Assembly: GCA_050872145.1 (NCBI GenBank) | Contig: JBNMGG010000006.1 | Location: forward strand, 2,898-66,897 | Length of the DNA: 64,000 bases | Source of the DNA: Candidatus Enteromonas sp. | Lineage (GTDB): Bacteria; Bacillota_I; Bacilli_A; RFN20; CAG-826 | Direction: 5' to 3' | Part shown: piece after piece, positions 51,014-59,361 of the stretch | Layout of the letters: each line of letters opens with the position of its first letter | Position numbering within the stretch: position 1 is the first letter of the stretch | The notes under the pieces: generated by a model | Told to the model about the DNA's origin: nothing | The model's database searches: none | What the model saw: the letters and a program-made list of their open reading frames with translations, nothing else | Program-made: the position numbers and the translations under genes

Positions 51014-52419
51014 TCCAGTTTTCCTCCTCTTCCCCCAACGGTGATTTCCTTGATGCGGATCGTGGGCTGGCCGACGTTGACGGGGACCATGCCCGATTGC
51101 GAGCCGCAGTTGCCTTGGCCCAAATCGAGGTCGTCGGCCACGCGGTCGATGTTCTCAAGGACTTCCTTTCCCGAGCCGATCAGCGTGCATCCCTTCACGG
51201 GTTCGCAGATCTTGCCGTCGCGGATGATGTAGGCCTCGGAAGCGGAGAAGTTGAATTCCCCCGTCGTCGGCTCCACCGAGCCTCCGCCGAAGTTGGCCAC
51301 GTAGATGCCGAGCTTCGTGTCTTTGATGATGTCTTCTTTCTTATCCTTGCCCGCGGCGATGTAGGTATTGGACATGCGGGAAGTGGGGGCGAAGCGGTAA
51401 TTCTGCCTTCTGGAGCACCCATTGGCATCCATTCCGAGCCTTCTCCCATTGGCCTTGTCGACCAAGAATCCCATGCAGATCCCGTTTTTGATGAGGAGAT
51501 TCTTCTGGGTTTTGTGCCCTTCGGAGTCGATACTGTTGGATCCCCATTCATTGGGCATGGTCCCATCGTCATAGGCGGTGACGAGGGGCGAGGCGATTTG
51601 CTTGCCGATCGAATCGGAGAAGACGGAAAGGTGCTTTGCCGTGGCGGTGGCTTCCAAAGAGTGCCCACAGGCCTCGTGGAAGATGACCCCGCCCCAGCCG
51701 TTGGCGATGACGACGGAGTAACGCCCGCTTGGGCATTCTTTGGCGCTCAGCATCATGATGGCCTTTTCGCCGACTTCCTTGGCTTTTTGCTTGTAGGGTA
51801 GGACGTCTTTAAACCATTCCCAGCCCGCGAAGCGCCCCGGGCCGGCGAAGGTGGATTCGATTTGGTTGTCTTCCCCGGCGGCGATGGCCACCATGGCCAA
51901 ACGCCCCCGTTCCTCGACGTTTTCGTATTGATAGCCAATTTCCCCTTCGGCGTTGAAGATCTCAATCTTCTTTTGATTGGACGACAAAGCGTCCTGAATG
52001 CGGACCAGGCGTTTGTCGACGGAGGCAGTCTCCGCGTAGCATTCCTTGAGATAATCGATCTTCTCGCCCATCGGCACGTCTTTGATGTGCGTTTTGATGG
52101 GGTTGATGTTCTTGACTCTCTGCTTTTTGATTTCCTTGACCGTGAGGACCCTTTCCCCTTGGTAGCAAGAGGCTAAGGACGAGGCGAGGTGCAGCATCGA
52201 TTTCCTACTGAGGTCGCTGGTATACCCATAAACCGAGCGCAGGCCCTTCAGAATGCGGATGCCGGCCCCATAGGATTGCCCGCTTCCGCAGACTTCGACT
52301 TTGCCGTTTTCCAATACGATGGATTCGCTGTCGTTTTGCTCTAGGTAAATCTCCGCGTAGTCCCCGCCAGTGGCGAGGGAGGCGTTCAAGACTTCTAGAG
52401 CGAGCTTTTTCGATATCAT
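51010..52419 (-). CDS. tldD: TldD family metalloprotease subunit
   Basis: HEACGHSLE metal motif. Start set at MISKKLALEVL with an AGGAG Shine-Dalgarno; the track ORF extends to 52515. Confidence 0.88.
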   Translation of the reverse strand: MISKKLALEVLNASLATGGDYAEIYLEQNDSESIVLENGKVEVCGSGQSYGAGIRILKGLRSVYGYTSDLSRKSMLHLASSLASCYQGERVLTVKEIKKQRVKNINPIKTHIKDVPMGEKIDYLKECYAETASVDKRLVRIQDALSSNQKKIEIFNAEGEIGYQYENVEERGRLAMVAIAAGEDNQIESTFAGPGRFAGWEWFKDVLPYKQKAKEVGEKAIMMLSAKECPSGRYSVVIANGWGGVIFHEACGHSLEATATAKHLSVFSDSIGKQIASPLVTAYDDGTMPNEWGSNSIDSEGHKTQKNLLIKNGICMGFLVDKANGRRLGMDANGCSRRQNYRFAPTSRMSNTYIAAGKDKKEDIIKDTKLGIYVANFGGGSVEPTTGEFNFSASEAYIIRDGKICEPVKGCTLIGSGKEVLENIDRVADDLDLGQGNCGSQSGMVPVNVGQPTIRIKEITVGGRGGKLE

Positions 52420-52496
52420 GCGTTTCTCCTTTTCTAGCGGATAGAAGGGTACCACCAAAGGGGAAACCATCAAGGGTTTTCCGTAAGGAAAGAAGT

Positions 52497-52502
52497 TATA
52501 AT
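52497..52502 (+). promoter_or_regulatory. -10 hexamer TATAAT placed 6 nt before the MBL hydrolase ATG (candidate leaderless promoter)
   Basis: TATAAT-ctcgcc-ATG with no Shine-Dalgarno. Confidence 0.4.
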
Positions 52503-52508
52503 CTCGCC

Positions 52509-53099
52509 ATGGCAAAACTTCTTTACCAAGGGCACGCGTCCCTGCGCATCCAAACCGGACGCGGCAAAGTGCTTTACGTCGATCCCTATGCGGGGGAGGG
52601 CTACGACCTTCCCGCGGATTTGGTGCTCATCACCCACGAGCATTACGACCACAACGCGATTCATTTGGTCCCTTGCGCCGAAAGGACGATCGTGATCCGG
52701 GCGAAAGACGCTTTGGAGGGTGGCGTTTATCATTCTTTTTCTTATTTCGGCGTGGAAATCCAAGCCGTTCCGGCGGGCAACGCGAACCACGATCCCAAGG
52801 AATGCGTCGGATATTTGCTTTCCGTGGATGGGAAAACCATCTATATCGCTGGGGATACCGACTATGTTCCGACGATGAAGGAAATTGGGGAGAAAGGCGT
52901 GGATTATTGCTTCCTTCCGATCGACGGGGTCTTCAACATGGGCCCGGAAGAGGCGACCCGTTGCGCGGAAATCATCAAGCCAAAGCATTTGATCCCTTAT
53001 CATATGCACCCCGGGATGCTCTTCGACATCAAGCAGGACATGAAGGTTTCCTATCCGAACTCCTTGTTGGTCCGTCCGGGACAGGAAATCGAACTTTGA
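52509..53099 (+). CDS. MBL-fold metallo-hydrolase
   Basis: 196 aa with the HxHxDH motif LITHEHYDHN. Confidence 0.85.
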   Translation: MAKLLYQGHASLRIQTGRGKVLYVDPYAGEGYDLPADLVLITHEHYDHNAIHLVPCAERTIVIRAKDALEGGVYHSFSYFGVEIQAVPAGNANHDPKECVGYLLSVDGKTIYIAGDTDYVPTMKEIGEKGVDYCFLPIDGVFNMGPEEATRCAEIIKPKHLIPYHMHPGMLFDIKQDMKVSYPNSLLVRPGQEIEL

Positions 53100-53247
53100 A
53101 AAACCCGTTGGGCCGAATTTGCTCTGATTCTTCCCCTAAGGGAAAACTCCGTCTTGCCCATGGGGGCGAACCCGTGTATTCTTGCTAATGCGCAACGCGC
53201 GAACTCTCTGTGCGCCAATAAGGCGTACGGCGAAAGGAGTAAAGGAC

Positions 53248-53466
53248 ATGAAGAAAGACATCCATCCGGACTATCATCGCTGCAAGGTCACCTGCACCAC
53301 CTGCGGAGCCACCTTCGAAACTGGTTCCACCGCCGAGGAAATCAAGGTCGATACCTGCTCGAACTGCCACCCCTTCTACACGGGCAAGCAGAGGTTCGTC
53401 CAAGCCGATGGCCGCATCGATCGCTTCAACAAGAAGCTCGCCAAAGCCCAGAACAACGGCAAGTAA
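53248..53466 (+). CDS. rpmE: 50S ribosomal protein L31 (zinc-binding type A)
   Basis: [10 protein letters not shown]...CTTCG...[17 protein letters not shown] Shine-Dalgarno. Internal start of track ORF 53182..53466. Confidence 0.95.
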   Translation: MKKDIHPDYHRCKVTCTTCGATFETGSTAEEIKVDTCSNCHPFYTGKQRFVQADGRIDRFNKKLAKAQNNGK

Positions 53467-53484
53467 GCTTACATTCGCAATCTT

Positions 53485-53510
53485 GGCCATCCTTCGGGGT
53501 GGCCTTTTGC
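53485..53510 (+). terminator. Rho-independent terminator of rpmE
   Basis: GGCCATCC-ttcg-GGGTGGCC followed by TTTT. Confidence 0.8.
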
Positions 53511-53548
53511 TTTCGAAGCGGGGGAGTCCTGCCTTTGATCCGTTTCAA

Positions 53549-53557
53549 TGGTAGAAT
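53549..53557 (+). promoter_or_regulatory. extended -10 promoter (TGgTAGAAT) of metG
   Basis: TGGTAGAAT about 42 nt upstream of the metG ATG. The short leader contains the hairpin TTGCCC-tta-GGGCAA and an AAAGGAG Shine-Dalgarno. Confidence 0.4.
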
Positions 53558-53598
53558 AGCCCCGTCTTAAGTTGCCCTTAGGGCAAAAAGGAGATCCC

Positions 53599-55209
53599 AT
53601 GAGCAAAAAGTTCTACATCACGACCCCCATTTATTACCCGAGCGCTTCCCCCCATTTGGGACACGCTTACTGCACGACGATGTGCGACATCATCGCCCGC
53701 GGAAAAAGGATGCGCGGCTATGACGTTTTCTTTTTGACCGGGACGGATGAGCACGGCGAGAAAATCGAGGACAACGCGAAAGCCAAAGGGGTCACTCCCC
53801 AGGAATTCGTCGACGACATCGTCAACAACAAGTTCCTGCCGCTTTGGAAAGCCATGGAAATCTCCAACGATGACTTCATCCGCACAACCTCGCCCCGGCA
53901 CGTGGAGACGGTGCAAAAAATCTTCTCCCGCATGTTGGCCCAGGACGACATCTATCTTTCCACCTACACGGGCTGGTATTGCGTCCATGAGGAGACCTAC
54001 TGGACCGAAACCCAAGTCGGCCCGGAGCATCTTTGCCCGGAATGCCACCGTCCGGTGGAGAGAAAAGACGAAGCGGCCTATTTCTTCCGCTGCTCCAAAT
54101 ACGTGGACAAGCTTCTTTCTTTCTACGACTCCAATCCTCAATTCATCACTCCGTCTTCGAAAAAGAATGAGATGGTGAACACCTTCATTAAGCCGGGGCT
54201 TCAGGATCTCTGCGCATCCCGCGCTTCCTTCGATTGGGGGATTCCCGTGAAGGAAAACCCCGAGCACGTCGTCTATGTTTGGCTCGATGCTTTGACGAAC
54301 TACATCACCGCGCTGGGGTATTTGCAGAAAGACGATTCGAAGTTCCAAGAATTCTGGAATGATCCTTCCACCGAAATCGTCCACGTCATCGGGGCGGACA
54401 TCACCCGCTTCCACACGATTTATTGGCCGATGTTCCTTCAATCCTTGGGGCTCCGGCAGCCCAACCGCATCTTCGTGCACGGCCTTTTGATGATGAAGGA
54501 CGGGAAGATGTCCAAGTCCAAGGGGAACGCCATTTCGGCCTATCCCCTCATCGACCGTTACGGGGTCGACGCCGTCCGCTACTACCTGCTTTCAGAGGTC
54601 CCTTTCGGGCAGGATGGGACCTTCACCCCGGAACAATTCGTGATGAGGGTGAACCAGGATTTGGCCAACAACCTCGGCAATTTGCTCAACCGCACCGTGT
54701 CGATGATCCTCAAATACTTCGACGGGATGATCCCTGCTTGGCAGGGGGATTTGACCGACCTCGACAAAGAGCTTTCCTCTTTGGTTGGGAAAACCAAAAT
54801 CGCCTATGAATCCTATAACGACGATTTGAAGGTTTCGGAAGCCTACGTGGAGGTCATGAACCTTGTTTCCCGGGCCAACAAATACATTGAAGAGACCGCT
54901 CCCTGGGCCTTGGCGAAAGACCCCGATAAAAAGAAAGAACTCGAATCGGTCATGGCCCATTTGGCCCACGTCCTCTATAGCGCCGGCATGATGATGAAGC
55001 CGGTTTTGGTCCACAAATCGGACGCCATCTTCGCTTCTTTGGGATGCAGCGAAGAAGACAAGCAATACGAGAACATCTCCAAGCTCGGCTTCTTGGGCGG
55101 AAGGAAAGTCGTCAAAGGCGAGCAGCTCTTCCCGCGCCTTGACGCGGAGAAGGAAATCCAGGCCATCGCCGATATGATGGCTGCCCCCAAAGAAAAGGCG
55201 GCCGCTTGA
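53599..55209 (+). CDS. metG: methionine--tRNA ligase (short form)
   Basis: Class I motifs PHLGHAY and KMSKSKGN. Start set at MSKKFYITTPIYY. Confidence 0.96.
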   Translation: MSKKFYITTPIYYPSASPHLGHAYCTTMCDIIARGKRMRGYDVFFLTGTDEHGEKIEDNAKAKGVTPQEFVDDIVNNKFLPLWKAMEISNDDFIRTTSPRHVETVQKIFSRMLAQDDIYLSTYTGWYCVHEETYWTETQVGPEHLCPECHRPVERKDEAAYFFRCSKYVDKLLSFYDSNPQFITPSSKKNEMVNTFIKPGLQDLCASRASFDWGIPVKENPEHVVYVWLDALTNYITALGYLQKDDSKFQEFWNDPSTEIVHVIGADITRFHTIYWPMFLQSLGLRQPNRIFVHGLLMMKDGKMSKSKGNAISAYPLIDRYGVDAVRYYLLSEVPFGQDGTFTPEQFVMRVNQDLANNLGNLLNRTVSMILKYFDGMIPAWQGDLTDLDKELSSLVGKTKIAYESYNDDLKVSEAYVEVMNLVSRANKYIEETAPWALAKDPDKKKELESVMAHLAHVLYSAGMMMKPVLVHKSDAIFASLGCSEEDKQYENISKLGFLGGRKVVKGEQLFPRLDAEKEIQAIADMMAAPKEKAAA

Positions 55210-56579
55210 TGGAACGGAAACACCCCGACGTCCTGAAAGGAACCTGCGTTGACCTTTCTTACGAAGGGAAAGGCGTTTTCAAATCGGACAAGCAAGTCGT
55301 GTTCGTGGATGGGATGTTCCCCGGGGAAGAAGGGGAGGTCCGGGTTCTTTACAAAAGAGCGGGGGCGTTGTTCGGGGAAGTGAAATCCTTGAGCAAAATC
55401 TCCCCGGACCGCGTTTCCCCTCGATGCAAAATCTGCCATTCCTGCGGTGGCTGCTCCTTGCAGCAGCTTTCCTATAAGGCCCAATTGGAATTCAAATCCA
55501 AAAAGGTTGAGGAACAGTTCCGGAAAGTCGGCCACATGGACGTGAAGGTCAGCCCGTGCATCGGCATGGATGATCCCTGTTATTACCGCAACAAGATTCA
55601 AATGCCTTTCGGCAAGGATCGGCGCGGCAATGTCTACTGCGGGTTTTATAAGCAAAATACGCACGTTTTGGTCCCTGTTGAAGAATGCTTCATCGAGGAT
55701 AAGCGCGCGGTGCACATCCTATCCGTCATCAAAAAGCTTTGCAAAGCGATGCGGGTTGAGCCTTATCAAGAGGACATGGGGCGGGGGATCCTCCGTCACG
55801 TGCTGATCCGCACTTCGCATTACAAAGAGCAGATCATGGTCGTTTTGGTGACCACGGTGGACGTCTTCCCCGGCCGGGGGAACTTCGTCTCCGCCTTGAC
55901 TAGAGAGTGCCCGGAAATCACCACGGTCGTGCAGAACGTCAATTCGCGGGCGACGAACGTGATCCTCGGTGAGAAGGAACGCGTTTTGTTTGGGAAAGGG
56001 TTCATTGAGGATTCGCTCTGCGGCCTTTCCTTCCGCATTTCGGCGAAATCCTTTTACCAAACTAACCCCGTCATCACCGAAAAGCTTTATTCCTATGCGA
56101 TGCAATCGGCCAAACTCAGAAAAGAGGACATCGTCTTCGATGCTTATTCCGGGATCGGGACGATTGGCTTAATCGCGGCGAAAAGCTGCAAACAGGTCCT
56201 TTCGGTGGAATTAGTCCCCGCGGCGGTGAGGGATGGGATCCGCAACGCGAAATTCAACAAAATCGACAACTTCTCCATGTATTGCGATGACGCCAGCTCG
56301 TTTATGGTACGCATGGCCAAAAACAAAGAGAGGGTGGACGTTTTATTTATGGATCCTCCTCGCAAAGGGGCGGATGAGCGTTTCTTGAAGGCTTTGGTTG
56401 CCCTTAAGCCGAATCGCGTCGTTTATGTTTCCTGCGACCCAAGCACGTTGGCCCGGGACGTCGCTTACCTTCAAAAGAGCTACGAAGTCCAAGACGTGCA
56501 GCCCTTTGACATGTTCCCCCAAACCACGCATGTGGAGTGCATCACGTTGCTCTGTCGAAAAGACGTCAAAAATAGCTAA
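55209..56579 (+). CDS. rlmD: 23S rRNA (uracil-C5)-methyltransferase, RlmD/RumA family
   Basis: TRAM N-domain, Fe-S cysteines CKICHSCGGC, SAM motif DAYSGIGTIG, catalytic VYVSCDP. Start is ATG 55209 or TTG 55206, overlapping the metG stop. Confidence 0.88.
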   Translation: MERKHPDVLKGTCVDLSYEGKGVFKSDKQVVFVDGMFPGEEGEVRVLYKRAGALFGEVKSLSKISPDRVSPRCKICHSCGGCSLQQLSYKAQLEFKSKKVEEQFRKVGHMDVKVSPCIGMDDPCYYRNKIQMPFGKDRRGNVYCGFYKQNTHVLVPVEECFIEDKRAVHILSVIKKLCKAMRVEPYQEDMGRGILRHVLIRTSHYKEQIMVVLVTTVDVFPGRGNFVSALTRECPEITTVVQNVNSRATNVILGEKERVLFGKGFIEDSLCGLSFRISAKSFYQTNPVITEKLYSYAMQSAKLRKEDIVFDAYSGIGTIGLIAAKSCKQVLSVELVPAAVRDGIRNAKFNKIDNFSMYCDDASSFMVRMAKNKERVDVLFMDPPRKGADERFLKALVALKPNRVVYVSCDPSTLARDVAYLQKSYEVQDVQPFDMFPQTTHVECITLLCRKDVKNS

Positions 56580-56594
56580 AAAAGGCTGAAAATC

Positions 56595-56634
56595 GAGAGT
56601 TTTGACCGATTCAAAAAGGTTGAGACTCTTTTTT
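56595..56634 (+). terminator. possible terminator of rlmD (imperfect long hairpin plus a T run)
   Basis: GAGAGTTTTGACC...GGTTGAGACTCT pairs with several G-U pairs and is followed by TTTTT. Confidence 0.4.
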
Positions 56635-56839
56635 CTTTGCTGAAAATCGGCTCGGATTCTTCCAAAAATCAAGAAAAATGCCTTTTACTAGTATGGGGAA
56701 ACATATCTACACCCCCAATGTCTTGTACAGGTAACTCGTATGCACACTCGGCTTTGCGGGAACATATCAACTGGATCAAAAACAAGCTTATAAAAGTTTA
56801 AGATTGCAAAGTAAATATTTAAATCTGTGGTATCAAAAG

Positions 56840-56869
56840 TTGACAAAACGAAAACATTTCTGATACAAT
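56840..56869 (+). promoter_or_regulatory. strong sigma-70 promoter of the island operon
   Basis: TTGACA (56840-56845), 18-nt spacer ending in TG-a, then TACAAT (56864-56869). Confidence 0.6.
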
Positions 56870-56894
56870 GGAATCGCTTTGTGGGGTGATACAT

Positions 56895-57098
56895 ATGCGT
56901 ATTTCATATAACAAGCTTTGGAAGCTTTTGATAGATAAGGGAATGAAGAAGAAGGATTTGAAAGAAAAGGCTTCTTTGAGTTCCGCATCAGTTGCCAAAC
57001 TCGGTAAAAACGAACCGGTCGCAATGGATGTTTTGCTTCGCATTTGTACTGTCCTTGACTGTGATATCAGCGACGTCATGCAGTTCATAAAAGAATAG
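56895..57098 (+). CDS. XRE/Cro-C1-type HTH regulator (controller-like, precedes the methylases)
   Basis: 67 aa. MRISYNKLWKLLIDKGMKKKDLKEKASLSSASVAKLGKNEPVAMDVLLRICTVLDCDISDV. GGGGTGA Shine-Dalgarno. Internal start of track ORF 56868..57098. Confidence 0.8.
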   Translation: MRISYNKLWKLLIDKGMKKKDLKEKASLSSASVAKLGKNEPVAMDVLLRICTVLDCDISDVMQFIKE

Positions 57099-57109
57099 GT
57101 GCTAAAAGA

Positions 57110-58210
57110 ATGAAAAGATTAAACATAGGCACGGTTTTTAGTGGAATAGGCGCTCCCGAGCAGGCTCTTATCAAATTAGGATATAAATTGAATATTCTTT
57201 TTGCCTGCGATAATGGTGAGATTGAAATTAAAACCCCCGTAGAAGATATAAAGACTAAAACAAAGGGGATGAGCCCTGAAAAGGTAAACGAGTATGTCAA
57301 ACAAATCTATAGGGACACAAAGAAAACCAATTACGTTAAGCAAAGTTATTTTGCAAATTACAAAATCAAAGAAAAAGATTGGTATGACGACATACGTTTT
57401 TTAGATGGAACCATATACAAGGATAAACTTGATGTGCTTGTTGGCGGCAGTCCTTGCCAAAGCTTCTCGATTATCGGGAAGCGTGCAGGACTGGAAGATG
57501 TCAGAGGCACTCTTTTTTATGATTATGCACGATTGATCAAGCAAACTTCTCCGAAGGTATTTGTTTATGAAAATGTTCCTGGAATGCTTGTTCATGACCA
57601 TGGCAACACGTGGAAAGTGATCCAGTCCGTGTTCGAATCTTTGGGCTACAGCGTTTTCTATTCCGTATTAAATGCCAAAGATTACGGAATCCCACAAGAT
57701 AGAAAAAGACTCTTTGTCGTTGGCTTTAAAGACAAAAATGTCAATTTTTCTTTCCCTGAGCCTATGCCTTTGAAAACCGAGTTGAAGGATTTTCTCGATA
57801 AAGAGATTGATGCTCGTCATTATCTAGGGAAAAAGGGATTCGAATTTGTTACGAATCCAAAATATAAAAACAGAGCCAGGGTAAATGCCAAAATCATCCA
57901 AACGGAAAAGGCCAATCAACAATTCAATTGGAATGGTGACTTTGTTTTCGAGGAATTAAGTTCCGTTGAGCAAAGAAAGAACAAAGATGAAGTCCTTAAA
58001 AGGGCATATGTGTCTCAATGGAATGGAAAAACTGGAGTTATCCGCCAGCTTACTTATAGGGAATGCCTGAGGCTGATGGGATTTTCGGAAGATTTCAAGA
58101 TTGTCGTTCCAAATGTTCCGGCATATAGGCAGGCAGGAAATTCTATTGTCGTCAATGTTTTGGAAGCCCTGTTCAGGCAAATATTTAAGGCGGTGAACAT
58201 CCATGATTAG
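57110..58210 (+). CDS. DNA (cytosine-5)-methyltransferase 1
   Basis: 366 aa. Motif I FSGIGAPE, IV GGSPCQSFS, VI ENVPGM, VIII QDRKRLFVVG, X AGNSIVVNV. Confidence 0.95.
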   Translation: MKRLNIGTVFSGIGAPEQALIKLGYKLNILFACDNGEIEIKTPVEDIKTKTKGMSPEKVNEYVKQIYRDTKKTNYVKQSYFANYKIKEKDWYDDIRFLDGTIYKDKLDVLVGGSPCQSFSIIGKRAGLEDVRGTLFYDYARLIKQTSPKVFVYENVPGMLVHDHGNTWKVIQSVFESLGYSVFYSVLNAKDYGIPQDRKRLFVVGFKDKNVNFSFPEPMPLKTELKDFLDKEIDARHYLGKKGFEFVTNPKYKNRARVNAKIIQTEKANQQFNWNGDFVFEELSSVEQRKNKDEVLKRAYVSQWNGKTGVIRQLTYRECLRLMGFSEDFKIVVPNVPAYRQAGNSIVVNVLEALFRQIFKAVNIHD

Positions 58211-59342
58211 GTTAGCTACGATTTTCAGCGGAATTGGTGCCGTGGAGTTTGCCATGAGAAGGCTAAATCTCAAGCATGAAATTGTCTTTGCTTGTGATAA
58301 CGGCGAACGAGAAGTCGAATATGATATAGAAAAGGAAAGAAAAGCTGTTTTCTCTTTGAACACAAAGAAAGAGAAGAAGGAATATGTGGATCGACTTTAT
58401 TCTTCTCTTACAAGAAAAACAAACTATGTGGAGAAAAGCTATCTCGCCAATTACAAATCTCTAAAAGAAGAAAATTACTATCAAGACGTTATTTTACTAG
58501 ATGGGAAAGATTACAAAGGGGAGGTTGACCTCTTTGTTGGCGGTAGCCCTTGTCAAAGTTTCTCTTCTGTCGGCTTTCAAGGAGGCCTCGAGGATGCGAG
58601 AGGAACGCTTTTCTATGAATATGCGAGACTTGTGAAAGAAATCAGGCCAAAGGTCTTTATTTACGAGAACGTCAGAAATTTATTGAATCATGATCGTGGA
58701 AATACATGGAAAGTGATTAAGGGAATCTTTGACTCTCTTGGGTATTCCTATAAGTTTGAAGTTCTGAATGCCTCTGATTATGGCATTCCACAAACAAGAA
58801 GAAGGCTGTTTGTCGTTGGATTCCGAAAAGATCTTAAGATTGATGTCGAACACGATTTTGTTTTTCCTCCAAAGACAAAAGCAAGACATTTCGTAATGAA
58901 GGATTTTTCTATCAACAACTGTGCCGAAGGCAATATGGTCTTTGACAAAAAGGGTGAGATTAAACTCAAAAAGGGTGGAGGAGTTCCTGATAGCAAATAC
59001 ACTTTGAGTCCTAAGCTTTATGCCTATGTTATGAAGACGGGCACGAAAACTTGGAGCCAAAAAGTCGAAATAAATCTTGATGTCGGGAGAACGCTTCTCA
59101 AGACAATGGGAAACAGGCATAGGGCTGGAGTGGACAATTACATTTCTTTCGATGGAACGGAAGATATGGGGTCTGTAAGAATGCTTACGGAAAGAGAAGC
59201 CCATAGATTGATGGGATTTACGGATGATTATCAAATCGTCGTTTCGAGATGCCAGGCATATAAGCAAGCTGGCAATTCTATTGTCGTCGATGTCATGATG
59301 GCTATTTTGAAATCGATAATGAAGACGGGCGTCTTCGATTAG
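58203..59342 (+). CDS. DNA (cytosine-5)-methyltransferase 2
   Basis: 379 aa. Motif I FSGIGAVE, IV GGSPCQSFS, VI ENVRNL, VIII QTRRRLFVVG, X AGNSIVVDV. 8-nt overlap with methylase 1. Confidence 0.95.
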   Translation: MIRLATIFSGIGAVEFAMRRLNLKHEIVFACDNGEREVEYDIEKERKAVFSLNTKKEKKEYVDRLYSSLTRKTNYVEKSYLANYKSLKEENYYQDVILLDGKDYKGEVDLFVGGSPCQSFSSVGFQGGLEDARGTLFYEYARLVKEIRPKVFIYENVRNLLNHDRGNTWKVIKGIFDSLGYSYKFEVLNASDYGIPQTRRRLFVVGFRKDLKIDVEHDFVFPPKTKARHFVMKDFSINNCAEGNMVFDKKGEIKLKKGGGVPDSKYTLSPKLYAYVMKTGTKTWSQKVEINLDVGRTLLKTMGNRHRAGVDNYISFDGTEDMGSVRMLTEREAHRLMGFTDDYQIVVSRCQAYKQAGNSIVVDVMMAILKSIMKTGVFD

Positions 59343-59361
59343 AACTAAAGGGGAATAAATT

